A stretch of 40,669 nt of DNA from Candidatus Woesearchaeota archaeon (GCA_017608525.1 JAFCFS010000002.1:1-40669), one strand, 5' to 3'; positions 27,309-36,377 are shown, counted from the first letter of the stretch. The notes: generated by a model not told the origin, from the letters alone. Numbers and translations are program-made.

Positions 27309-28037
27309 TCAGAAGAAAGAAACGCCTAAAAATTCTTGGAGCTTTGATTTCCTAAATACTTCAGCATAGGGAGGAAGCCTTTTCTTTTTCCCATAACCGC
27401 CAATTCCTTGTTCAGCAACGATAACGCTTCTGAGAGCACTAAGTGATTTCGCAGCAACATCGTACCTGTTCCTTTTTATTTGTGATTTATGGGCCAATAT
27501 AGCTTTAAGCTTTTTTTCCATAATACTCTCTGGAAAATAAAAAGAAAGATTGTATTCGTTATTTGCAAACAATCTCCATAAGCTTTCGTATTCCCATAGA
27601 TCTATATTTCCTCTATAATTTTGAAGAGCCCTTTTTAAAATTTCGACGGAAGTTTTATGTGTTGGATGAAGATCTTTTCTGTGCGGTAAAATGATTATTT
27701 TTGGCTTAATTTTCGACAATTCATCAGAGACCTTTTTTACATCACGGATTGAAAAAATTCCCCTGTCATAAAAATCTAATCTTAAAAATAGTTGATTTAC
27801 TTTCAAAATTTTACACTCCTCCATGCACTCTTTTTCACGTATTTTTATTTTTTCAATTTTTGGCTTATTTCCTTCAACACCCCTATATCCAGTTGTCATA
27901 ACAAAATTGTATACCTTATTTTTTTCTGAAAGAATCGATATTGTTCCACCAACAGAAATAGCCATATCATCTGGATGCGGAGAGATAACAACAATCTTCT
28001 TCCTTTTTGGAGCGTTTTCTTTAAAAAATATTTTCAT
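27309..28037 (-). CDS. PIG-L family N-acetyl deacetylase
   Basis: SPHPDD, R..E, DLHPTH, K..AI.AH.SQ and AEVF motifs. Confidence 0.9.
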   Translation of the reverse strand: MKIFFKENAPKRKKIVVISPHPDDMAISVGGTISILSEKNKVYNFVMTTGYRGVEGNKPKIEKIKIREKECMEECKILKVNQLFLRLDFYDRGIFSIRDVKKVSDELSKIKPKIIILPHRKDLHPTHKTSVEILKRALQNYRGNIDLWEYESLWRLFANNEYNLSFYFPESIMEKKLKAILAHKSQIKRNRYDVAAKSLSALRSVIVAEQGIGGYGKKKRLPPYAEVFRKSKLQEFLGVSFF

Positions 28038-28082
28038 ACTTTTTAATAGTCTTTCTTTGTTTATATTCCTTTTTGAAATTTA

Positions 28083-28097
28083 GAAAAAATTTATAAA
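28083..28097 (+). promoter_or_regulatory. BRE/TATA-like promoter upstream of the hairpin RNA candidate
   Basis: GAAAAAA-TTTATAAA, 23 nt before G28120; it might instead serve the PIG-L gene. Confidence 0.45.
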
Positions 28098-28119
28098 CAT
28101 TTAATAGGTTCCTAAATAT

Positions 28120-28191
28120 GCCCGGTCGGTGTAGGCATTATAAACTGGCAGGAATGCTGGTTATGAATAATGCTATCATAGCCGGGCAACA
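28120..28191 (+). ncRNA. Candidate structured small RNA (three-stem hairpin, GGAA tetraloop, 3' ACA)
   Basis: Stems GCCCGGU/GCCGGGC, GCAUUAU/AUAAUGC and AACUGGCA/UGCUGGUU; GC-richer than its flanks. Confidence 0.45.
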
Positions 28192-28481
28192 CTTTGCTTC
28201 TTTGAAATTCTATAACAATCCAAGGAGAATAAGATTATTAAAATTGGTAATGCTTTTCCTCCAGTTATTCCGCAAATAATCAAAAATGCCCACAAACAAA
28301 CTAAACTTCTTAAATACCTCCTTAGATAAATGTACCCAAATGGCCCAAAGATTAGTCCAAGAAGTGCAGCCAACCAGGGTTTTGTTTTTTTTGTATGGTC
28401 TTTAAGCTTCGCTCCACAATATGCACAAAAATTATCCCCTTCGTCAACCTTAGAACCGCATTTTTGACAGTAATTTACCAT
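28176..28481 (-). CDS. Zinc-ribbon plus TM2-like membrane protein
   Basis: CQKCG..NFCAYCG; K.PWLAALLGLIFGPFGYIYL. Confidence 0.8.
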   Translation of the reverse strand: MVNYCQKCGSKVDEGDNFCAYCGAKLKDHTKKTKPWLAALLGLIFGPFGYIYLRRYLRSLVCLWAFLIICGITGGKALPILIILFSLDCYRISKKQSVARL

Positions 28482-30466
28482 TTTAATTCTTTTCCGTTAA
28501 TAGCGCTCAATTTTAATGTCCTCCTTTTCTTACCGACGTAATAAATTTCATAAAATGGATAGTATATTTTTGAGCATCCGATAACTGAAAAACCATACCA
28601 GCCCTGAATAAATCTTTGAATATCGCTATTTTTGATTTTCGCTTTAATGATTTCTCCTTTTAGACAGCTGAATGTTTCTATTTTGGAATCTGCCTTTTTA
28701 ATTTTGGGTATTTTGAAACTTACTGCCAAATCCCATATGTTTGCTCTCCCAGCTTTCCCCGTCCTTATTATTAGGCCTTTCTTCATCAATCCATTTACCA
28801 ATTTATTAACAAAATTCTCTGTAATTTTTAATCTTTCAGCCAATTCCGCATTTGTTAACCTTCCTTTTTTTGACAGCTCCTTTACAACGGAAAGCTCTCT
28901 TTCAGTTAGTCCGATTAGTTTTCCAGAATTGAATTCTTTTTGCGAATCTCCTTTCAATCTAATTATGTTTCCATTTAGCCCATTAAACAATAAACACCTT
29001 TTTTCCAATGCTTCACCAAATAATCTCCTTTTTTTCTTCACAACATCAAATTTAAGGACAGGAAGAAGCTTTAATTTTATCGATTCTATTTTTTCTTTTT
29101 CCGGACCGAAAATAACAAATAATCTCCTTTTTCTTTTTTCAGCAATCTTTCCAATTTCTTTCAGATCTAATTTTGTTTTTATCGTTTCGAATCCTTCTTT
29201 TTTTGGTTTAAGTTCTTTGCCTTTTTTCTTTATATTGTATTCTCCTTTGAATCTTTCCATAAGTTTCTTTACTTCGTCCTCCATAAGTGTCCTGTGTTCA
29301 GTCATCAGCCACCTTACCTTAATTTCTTTTACTTTTTTGTAAGCATCCGGTGAAAATACTAAAAATTCTCCAGGTTTGAGCTTTGGCAGTTTTTCAAACA
29401 TTTTTTTAGTGGAGAGAGATTTTAGTGCAATTGAAACTTTTTTTATGTCCTGTCTTGTTGTTAATCTTCCAATTGCCCATGTTCCGAATTGGGAAAATGC
29501 CTTATAATCAATATCTCCTGGATTTTGTGTTCCAACTATGCAGCCGATTCCATACTTTCTTGCCTGTTTAAAAATCAGCTTTAGTATCTCTTTTGTTACC
29601 GGCTTTTCGGCACCAGCTGGAATGAATGGAGAAATTTCATCAATCATAAAAATGGCTTGAAGTTTTTTTGAAGGATTCTCAAGCATCCATTGATAAAGCT
29701 GTGTTGCTAGTATGGAAAGAAAGAACATCTTTTCTTCTGAAGATTTTAGCGAATTTAGATATATTATGCTTATCTGTGTTTTTCCCTTTCCTTTCCCTAG
29801 AAGTAAATTTATATCAAGTGGAACACCATACTGGAAAATTAGGCTTTTTTCTCCAATAGTTAGGTATTTCAATTTTTTTGCCAACTGAAGCATTTCTTTT
29901 TTCTCAAAAAAAACTTCCCCCTCATTTTTGACATCTTCTGGGAGGCTTAAAACAAGATTAGACAAATCCTCGAAACTATTCAAATTAATACTTTTTTCAG
30001 CGCAGTGTTTTAGAATCAAATACAGTATTGCTTGCGCATTTTTTCCTTTGTCACTTTTTAAATCGTAGCCTAAAATTTTCACTATAGAATTAGAAATTTG
30101 TGTGAGTATCCCGATGAGCTCTTCTTTACCAAATTTCTTTTTCGACAATCTTAAAGGGTTTATACATATCGGTATGCCTTTTGACGATGCAGGAGTAAAA
30201 ATAACAACTTTAACGTATTTTTTAAATTTTTTTAGCTTCTCTATGTTCAAATTTTTCTTTTCAGCTTCTTTATCTGAAATAGGAATTGCAAGACTTGCTA
30301 AATCTCCCTGAGGATCTATTAGTATGGAGGGAATTCCATTTGTTGCAGCTTCTTCAATCAAAACTTTTCCCAAAACAGTTTTTCCAGAACCAGTACTACC
30401 CAAAACAATTAAATGTTTTTTTAGTAGCTCAAGTGGGAAATCTATATTGCCGATGTTTGCTTCCAT
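28475..30466 (-). CDS. HerA/FtsK-like (DUF87-type) ATPase with C-terminal winged helix
   Basis: KHLIVLGSTGSGKT, IDPQGD, FMIDE, QARKYGIG and TQNPGDID; LT..E...L....LT.AELAE.L....V...V..L..KGLI. Confidence 0.85.
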   Translation of the reverse strand: MEANIGNIDFPLELLKKHLIVLGSTGSGKTVLGKVLIEEAATNGIPSILIDPQGDLASLAIPISDKEAEKKNLNIEKLKKFKKYVKVVIFTPASSKGIPICINPLRLSKKKFGKEELIGILTQISNSIVKILGYDLKSDKGKNAQAILYLILKHCAEKSINLNSFEDLSNLVLSLPEDVKNEGEVFFEKKEMLQLAKKLKYLTIGEKSLIFQYGVPLDINLLLGKGKGKTQISIIYLNSLKSSEEKMFFLSILATQLYQWMLENPSKKLQAIFMIDEISPFIPAGAEKPVTKEILKLIFKQARKYGIGCIVGTQNPGDIDYKAFSQFGTWAIGRLTTRQDIKKVSIALKSLSTKKMFEKLPKLKPGEFLVFSPDAYKKVKEIKVRWLMTEHRTLMEDEVKKLMERFKGEYNIKKKGKELKPKKEGFETIKTKLDLKEIGKIAEKRKRRLFVIFGPEKEKIESIKLKLLPVLKFDVVKKKRRLFGEALEKRCLLFNGLNGNIIRLKGDSQKEFNSGKLIGLTERELSVVKELSKKGRLTNAELAERLKITENFVNKLVNGLMKKGLIIRTGKAGRANIWDLAVSFKIPKIKKADSKIETFSCLKGEIIKAKIKNSDIQRFIQGWYGFSVIGCSKIYYPFYEIYYVGKKRRTLKLSAINGKELKW

Positions 30467-30497
30467 ATTTTAGTTTTTTATTTAAAAATATATAAAT

Positions 30498-30680
30498 TTA
30501 GCTTTTACCGCTTTCTTTAGTTCTTTTTCCAAATTTATCCCATATATCTCTAAAATTTTTTGGCCAATTGATTATTATACTTTTTAAAAAACTTATCAAA
30601 AGCACGATTATAGATTTAACCAATTTTAAAAGCCATCCCAATACTATTGTTGCTAGACTTTTTGGCTTTTTCTCTTCCAT
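30498..30680 (-). CDS. 60-aa amphipathic/membrane microprotein
   Basis: ATG 30680 gives MEEKKPKSLATIVLGWLLKLVKSIIVLLISFLK and avoids overlap with the upstream gene. Confidence 0.6.
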   Translation of the reverse strand: MEEKKPKSLATIVLGWLLKLVKSIIVLLISFLKSIIINWPKNFRDIWDKFGKRTKESGKS

Positions 30681-30700
30681 TTTAAAATAAAAAAGAAAAA

Positions 30701-31639
30701 TTAGTGTCTTGAAGTTCTTCCTAATAGATAAGCTATCACCAATACTATTACTGCTATCGCTACAACAATCCATACTGTTGGTATCTTCATTCCTCCAACA
30801 TCTATAACTTCTGAAGCTTTACACGTCGTTTTTCCTTCAGGACAGGCAGGCTCTTTCATATCTTTAACAAAAGGCAATGTTTTCTCTAATCTTATTTCTC
30901 TATAATCCGAATCTTTCAGTTCTTCTTCAGTTACATATTCTCCATTCATCAAGAGATATTTCCTAACAGTTTCAACTGGTTTTATAACTGTCTTTGTTCC
31001 CTCTACTAATAAAGTTGCATTGTCTTCGTTCGCTTCTTTTAGTGTTATTTCAAGTTCTTTTTTTATTATTTTTGAACCAACTTCAACAGTTTCACTTTCT
31101 CCGTCTATTTCTATTTCGGCCTTTGCAGGTTGTGCTTCTGTTTCATTTGTTGCTTCTGTTTCTGGTGTGTAACTTTTTAAAACAAATGTATGCCCTTCAA
31201 AATCCGTTCCTAAATTTGTTATAGTTATTGTCTCGCTGAATTCGACAGTCTTTTCTTCTTCACCAATGCTTTCCTCTTTAAATGGAATGTATTTAATGGT
31301 GCATCCTCCTTGCTTGTCACCTGGAGTTTCAGATTCAAGTACTAATATCAATGATTTGTAACTGGGTCCTTTGTCGATAACGAACTTTGGGCTTACATAT
31401 TGTGCTTTTCCAGCCCCCACACCTTCTGATGAACTGACAATAACATCATCGGGGCTTGAGCACCATAAGAAACCCAATATTTTATGAGTTGTATCTGTAT
31501 TAACAACATCAAAAATTAGCTGAGCTGCTTTCTTTCCTGCTATCCCTGGATTTGTTCTTGTCATTTTTACTGACACTTGAGCAAATGCAACACTAGTTAA
31601 CAACACCGCTACTAGTAAAAATATGGCAATCTTTTTCAT
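30701..31639 (-). CDS. Secreted beta-rich surface protein with C-terminal TM anchor
   Basis: Signal peptide ending AFA, 4 Cys, C-terminal WIVVAIAVIVLVIAYLL; SD-like GGAGGTG. Confidence 0.8.
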   Translation of the reverse strand: MKKIAIFLLVAVLLTSVAFAQVSVKMTRTNPGIAGKKAAQLIFDVVNTDTTHKILGFLWCSSPDDVIVSSSEGVGAGKAQYVSPKFVIDKGPSYKSLILVLESETPGDKQGGCTIKYIPFKEESIGEEEKTVEFSETITITNLGTDFEGHTFVLKSYTPETEATNETEAQPAKAEIEIDGESETVEVGSKIIKKELEITLKEANEDNATLLVEGTKTVIKPVETVRKYLLMNGEYVTEEELKDSDYREIRLEKTLPFVKDMKEPACPEGKTTCKASEVIDVGGMKIPTVWIVVAIAVIVLVIAYLLGRTSRH

Positions 31640-31685
31640 TTTTCACCTCCATTCTAAATTAAGATATTTATTTTTATAAATTTAT

Positions 31686-31904
31686 TTATCTTCTGGCGAT
31701 CATTGTTCCTACAAAAGCTAACAAAATAAACACAATAAGGATAAACAAGAAAAAAATAATAAAGCCTTTTAAAAAATTTGATATTTTCTTCATTCTTTGT
31801 TTTTCAAATGGTGTCTTCAATTTTTTATCTACTCTAGCACCACATTCTGGACAAAAAATGTCATCTTCATCAAGTTTTGTTCCGCATGTAGGGCATATTT
31901 TCAT
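31686..31904 (-). CDS. Zinc-ribbon protein with C-terminal TM helix
   Basis: CPTCG..FCPECG; ATGA overlap with the upstream gene. Confidence 0.8.
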   Translation of the reverse strand: MKICPTCGTKLDEDDIFCPECGARVDKKLKTPFEKQRMKKISNFLKGFIIFFLFILIVFILLAFVGTMIARR

Positions 31905-33676
31905 TTTGCCTTAACAGGAGCTCCACATTTAGTACAAAATTTAGCTCTTGGTTTAAGCTTACTCCCACATCTTGTGCAATATTTTGGTTTTTTCTTTTTC
32001 CCTTTCTTTAATTCCTTTGCCCTTTTTAACCTTTCAAGCAATGCCAAATACTCTTCATGTATTATCCTTTCATCAGCCTTCAATTTCAACTTTTTAATTA
32101 TTTTTTCTATTGGTGGCGGATTTTCTATGTCTATCTTTTTCTTTAATTTGTACAGTGCTTTAACAACTTTTCTTCTTTCAGCCTCTTCTTTCTCCCTTCT
32201 TTCTATTTCCCTTTTTTCCCTTTCAGCCATAAATTTTAAATAATATTTCCTTCCTTTTGTTGAGCCAAGATAAATCAGGATAACAACCAAAATAAAACAA
32301 CTTATTCCTGCATATACCCACCAACCAATGCTTCTTTCACATTTGTTTGTTTTTAGATTACAAACAAAAGTGTAGAATCTTGTATCAGGAGGGCACCCAC
32401 AATCAACACACGCATTTTGGCTTGTTTCACCTTCCGTACACAAACCATCTCCAGGATTAATTATAGTTATTAGCATTTCTTCTTTTTTTGGGTAATCAAC
32501 ACCTTCGATGTTCGGTGTAATGATTGCTACTAGCTTAACTTTACCAGCACTTTGCCCTTCTATATCAACCGTTACTGATTTTCTATGTTTAGCAGGTATT
32601 ACAATTTCTCCTCCAGTACATTGATTTCCAGTGCAGTCAGCCCCACCAACAACCCCACTTAAAGATGCACCAGTGTTTATATTTAGTGTTATCTTTGTTG
32701 GAACATCTATATCTAATGTATTGTCAGCGCTTATTGTTACGGATGTTTTTTCACCTACGGATATAAAATTTTTTTCACTACTTAGAATTGTGTTAACAGC
32801 TGTAGTGCATTTTTTATCTTTGCTACAATATCCCGACTTACATTGAAATGAACAGCCACAGGTTTCTCCGTCTTCCAAAACACTAACTCTTTCGCATTTT
32901 CCAGTGGCCAAACAAGCTTGGTAACCTTCTTCACAACCACAATGTCCGTTTTGGCAAAGCAAGTCACCGCAATATTTGCCCGGTCTAGTAGTTATTTTTT
33001 CTTCACCAACACATTTATGATTTTTACATATGCCTATTCTTTCAACAACTTTTTCCAAGGTGCTTCTGAAATCAGGTGAACATATAAATTCCCCGAGAGG
33101 TGTTTTTTTTGTTGTGCAATGCTCATCCTTTAAACATTCAACACACCGTCCATTAAAACAATATAAATCAGGACCACAGCCAGCATCTTGTGGGCAACTT
33201 GAACAATCTTCTCCAGGATCTTTTCTCCCGTTGCCACATAAAGGTGCGCATCCTCTTTCATCAGCTCTTGGATTTCCAGGAACACACTCTTCCGACATTC
33301 CACATGAACAATCATAACAATTCATACAATTTTCATCCTCGTCACATCTTCCATTACCACAATAAGTTTCACATCTTCCAAAATTACATCTTTCATAATC
33401 TTTGCAGGGACAATCTACCCAACAATTTCCACAATTTTCACCTTTGTCCTCTTCACAAACCCCATTTCCACATAGTTCAATACATTCACCATCAACACAT
33501 TCTCTATTCTCACCACAAATATCTGCAATTTCTTGTCTATTGCCGCAGCTATCAAACCACCAAGAATCACCATTAAAACATTCTTTATGATCATACAAAG
33601 TACATTCTTGAGCATATGAAAATGAAATTATAGCTAAAAAGAAAATTGCCAAAATTAAAATTCTTAAAATTTTCAT
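31901..33676 (-). CDS. Cys-rich single-pass surface protein with cytoplasmic zinc ribbon
   Basis: Signal peptide, three CGNG repeats plus one GDGLC repeat, Ig-like beta region, TM, charged helix, CTRCG..FCTKCG. Confidence 0.85.
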   Translation of the reverse strand: MKILRILILAIFFLAIISFSYAQECTLYDHKECFNGDSWWFDSCGNRQEIADICGENRECVDGECIELCGNGVCEEDKGENCGNCWVDCPCKDYERCNFGRCETYCGNGRCDEDENCMNCYDCSCGMSEECVPGNPRADERGCAPLCGNGRKDPGEDCSSCPQDAGCGPDLYCFNGRCVECLKDEHCTTKKTPLGEFICSPDFRSTLEKVVERIGICKNHKCVGEEKITTRPGKYCGDLLCQNGHCGCEEGYQACLATGKCERVSVLEDGETCGCSFQCKSGYCSKDKKCTTAVNTILSSEKNFISVGEKTSVTISADNTLDIDVPTKITLNINTGASLSGVVGGADCTGNQCTGGEIVIPAKHRKSVTVDIEGQSAGKVKLVAIITPNIEGVDYPKKEEMLITIINPGDGLCTEGETSQNACVDCGCPPDTRFYTFVCNLKTNKCERSIGWWVYAGISCFILVVILIYLGSTKGRKYYLKFMAEREKREIERREKEEAERRKVVKALYKLKKKIDIENPPPIEKIIKKLKLKADERIIHEEYLALLERLKRAKELKKGKKKKPKYCTRCGSKLKPRAKFCTKCGAPVKAK

Positions 33677-33769
33677 TCAATTTAAATCAATATTGGAAGC
33701 TATTTTAAATTTTCGCATTTATTTTGATAAAGAAAAAATATAAAAAAGAGGAGAGTTAGAAAAAAACTT

Positions 33770-34786
33770 ATGGGCGTTAATATATCAGAATTATTGCCAA
33801 AGAAGGAGATTAAATTTGAAAATTTGGCAGGGAAAACGATTGCAATAGATTATTTTAATATGGCCTACCAATTTTTGAGTTCTATTAGGCAGAGAGACGG
33901 AACGCCTTTAATGGATAAAAAAGGAAACATAACTTCTGTGTATGTCGGTTTGTTTTCAAGATTAACAAGGCTAATAACTTATGGAATTAGATTATGTGTT
34001 GTTTTTGATGGTGTTCCTCCTAAATTGAAAGCAAAGGAACAAGAAGAAAGAAAATTAAGAAAAGATGAAGCAATGTTTAAACTTAAGGAAGCAATTGCAA
34101 GAGAAGATATAGAGGAGATGTATAAGTATTCAAAAAGAACCTCCTATTTAACAAAGGATATGATTGAAGATTCAAAATTATTGCTTAAAGCTATGGGCAT
34201 TCCAGTAGTACAAGCACCATCCGAAGCAGATGCGCAAATGGCCTATATGAATAAAAATGGAGATGTTTGGGGCTGTGCAACAAATGACATAGATCCTTTA
34301 CTCCATGGGGCACCGAGGTTGATAATGAATCTGACATTTGCACAAAAAAGGAAGCTTCCCTCTGGAAATTTTATATTTATCTATCCTAAAATTATAGAGT
34401 TGGAAAATGTTCTTCAGGAATTAAGTATTGATATTGATAGGCTAATTGCACTTGCCATACTTGTTGGAACAGATTACAATCCTGAAGGGGTTCCTGGGAT
34501 TGGTCCAAAAAGAGCGCTCGATATTGTAAAAAGGTATAAAAAAATCAAAACAATATTCGAGGAAATTAAGCCAGAATTTGATTGGGAAGAAATATTCGGA
34601 TTGTTTAAAAAAATGCCAGTTGAGAAAAAATACAGGCTTGAGTGGAAAGAACCAGACGAGGAAAAAATAAAAGAATTACTTGTGGAAAAGCATGATTTTT
34701 CTCCAGAGAGGGTAGAAAATACCTTAGAAAAATTAAAGAAGGAATTTGAAAAGAAAAAACAAACAGGTTTATCTAAATGGCTTTAA
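33770..34786 (+). CDS. fen: Flap endonuclease 1
   Basis: MGV start, YQFLSSIRQ.DGTPL.D, VFDG, APSEADAQ, GTDYN..G..GIGPK and C-terminal PIP box QTGLSKWL. Confidence 0.96.
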   Translation: MGVNISELLPKKEIKFENLAGKTIAIDYFNMAYQFLSSIRQRDGTPLMDKKGNITSVYVGLFSRLTRLITYGIRLCVVFDGVPPKLKAKEQEERKLRKDEAMFKLKEAIAREDIEEMYKYSKRTSYLTKDMIEDSKLLLKAMGIPVVQAPSEADAQMAYMNKNGDVWGCATNDIDPLLHGAPRLIMNLTFAQKRKLPSGNFIFIYPKIIELENVLQELSIDIDRLIALAILVGTDYNPEGVPGIGPKRALDIVKRYKKIKTIFEEIKPEFDWEEIFGLFKKMPVEKKYRLEWKEPDEEKIKELLVEKHDFSPERVENTLEKLKKEFEKKKQTGLSKWL

Positions 34787-34787
34787 G

Positions 34788-36377
34788 ATGAATTTAAAAG
34801 ATGCGCTGAAAGGAAAAATACCAGAAGAAAAAATAAAATACGTTCCTAGATCTTTTGACGTAATTGGGGACATAGCCATATTTCATTCTTTTCCAGAAGA
34901 GTTAAAAATTTATGAAAGATTGATAGGCGAAACACTTCTTAAGTTACACAAAAATGTAAAAACTGTTGCAAAGAAAATAAAAGAATATTCAGGAATTTAT
35001 AGAACGATGAAAATTAAAATAATAGCTGGAAAGAAAAAGAAAATAACATTGCATAAAGAAAACAGGATTGCTTTAAAAATTGATGTAGAAAAATGCTATT
35101 TTTCTCCAAGATTATCGACTGAGAGATTGAGGATTGCGAAATTAGTTAGGCCAGGAGAAGACGTTTTGGTTATGTTCTCAGGTGTGGCACCATACCCTCT
35201 CGTTATTTCTAAAAATTCAGAAGCAAGATTAATTTACGGCGTAGAAATTAATCCAGTAGCTCATAAGTACGCTCTTGAAAATCTGAAACTAAATAAAGCA
35301 AAAAATGTAATCTTGATTAAAGGAGATGTAAGAAAAGAGGTTCCAAAAATTATTGAAGAAAGAAAACCAATAATAGGATTTAAAGCACATTTTGAGGATA
35401 AGCAATTGAAAAATAGATTGGCTCTTAATCCGAAATTAATAGAGTTCTTTTTTTTCGATGGAGATCTAGAAAACAACTATGAAAAAATTGTAGAAAAAAT
35501 AAAGTATTTGAAAAAAAAGAAAATTTTAGTTATGTTGCATCAACCAAATTTTTACAAAGGAAAACTCGTCGATCCAAGCTGCAAAGAATTTATGGAAAAT
35601 ACTATAGAATGCTACAAAAAAATGTATCGTTTGGTAAAAAGGTATAATTTAATTGGTATGGTAGTGCATCCCTTTTTCTATAAAAGAAAAAAATTCGATA
35701 GAGAAGTTTTCCTTGAAACAATATCGAAATTAAAAAAGCAATGTAAGGGCATAGAGAAGAAAATATATTTGGAGAACTTGATTGATCATTGCGCAACGCC
35801 TGAGGAAATTCTTGATTTGTTAAACAGTTCCGGAATAGAAAATACATGCATTGATATTGTTCATGTGTATATACAAACAAAAAGCAATAAAAAATTGGTT
35901 GAGTATATTGAAAAGCTTAAGGGAAAAAACTGTTATTTCCATATAGGTGATACTTTGGGAAATAGAAGCATAAAAAATCACACAATCGAGCTTTTTAAAG
36001 GAAAAATTGATTTTGAGAGAATAAAAGATAAAATTAAAATTGGCGTTATAGAAGTTAAAAGTAAAAACGAAACGCTTGGGAAGGAGGCCATAAGAAGTTA
36101 TAAAAAATTTATGAAACTTATTACCGGCTTAGAAAAATTTGATAGGGTATTGATGCCTCTTCCAAAAAATGCTGAGAACTTCTTGGACCTTGCAATATTT
36201 TCAGTAAAGAAAAAAGGAACAATTCATTTTTACGATTTTCTTCATGAGTCAGAAATTCCAGATGAAGCAATTAAGAAGATTAAAAAACATTGCAAAGCAA
36301 AAATTTTGAACTGGGTAAGGTGTGGTCAATACTCCCCGAGAAAATATAGGGTATGCATAGATTTTCAACCTTTATAG
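34788..36377 (+). CDS. trm5: Trm5/Met-10+ family tRNA G37 methyltransferase with inserted TIM-barrel domain
   Basis: SFDVIGDIA, YFSPRL.TER.R, MFSGVAPY, EINP.A, KGD, then an ~258 aa insert, then FDRVLMPLP, G.IHFY and YSP....CIDF. Confidence 0.82.
   Translation: MNLKDALKGKIPEEKIKYVPRSFDVIGDIAIFHSFPEELKIYERLIGETLLKLHKNVKTVAKKIKEYSGIYRTMKIKIIAGKKKKITLHKENRIALKIDVEKCYFSPRLSTERLRIAKLVRPGEDVLVMFSGVAPYPLVISKNSEARLIYGVEINPVAHKYALENLKLNKAKNVILIKGDVRKEVPKIIEERKPIIGFKAHFEDKQLKNRLALNPKLIEFFFFDGDLENNYEKIVEKIKYLKKKKILVMLHQPNFYKGKLVDPSCKEFMENTIECYKKMYRLVKRYNLIGMVVHPFFYKRKKFDREVFLETISKLKKQCKGIEKKIYLENLIDHCATPEEILDLLNSSGIENTCIDIVHVYIQTKSNKKLVEYIEKLKGKNCYFHIGDTLGNRSIKNHTIELFKGKIDFERIKDKIKIGVIEVKSKNETLGKEAIRSYKKFMKLITGLEKFDRVLMPLPKNAENFLDLAIFSVKKKGTIHFYDFLHESEIPDEAIKKIKKHCKAKILNWVRCGQYSPRKYRVCIDFQPL

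Noticed and set aside
28120-28190. tRNA (the 5' end GCCCGG..GGTGTAG..ATCATA recalls archaeal tRNA-Asp/Glu, with a 7-bp terminal stem)
   Set aside because: No anticodon arm or T-arm (no TTCRA) can be formed; it folds as one long hairpin. A split or remnant tRNA is not fully excluded
28632-29342. 236-aa plus-strand ORF, and similar ORFs at 9858-10400 and 31797-32243
   Set aside because: Antisense shadows of Lys-rich genes with no motifs
28475-30466. HerA-NurA repair module or Sir2-HerA defence system
   Set aside because: No NurA, Mre11, Rad50, Sir2 or nuclease partner is adjacent
35355-36128. Intein in trm5
   Set aside because: No N-terminal Cys/Ser block, no His-Asn/Cys junction and no LAGLIDADG motifs; the motifs fit a TIM barrel
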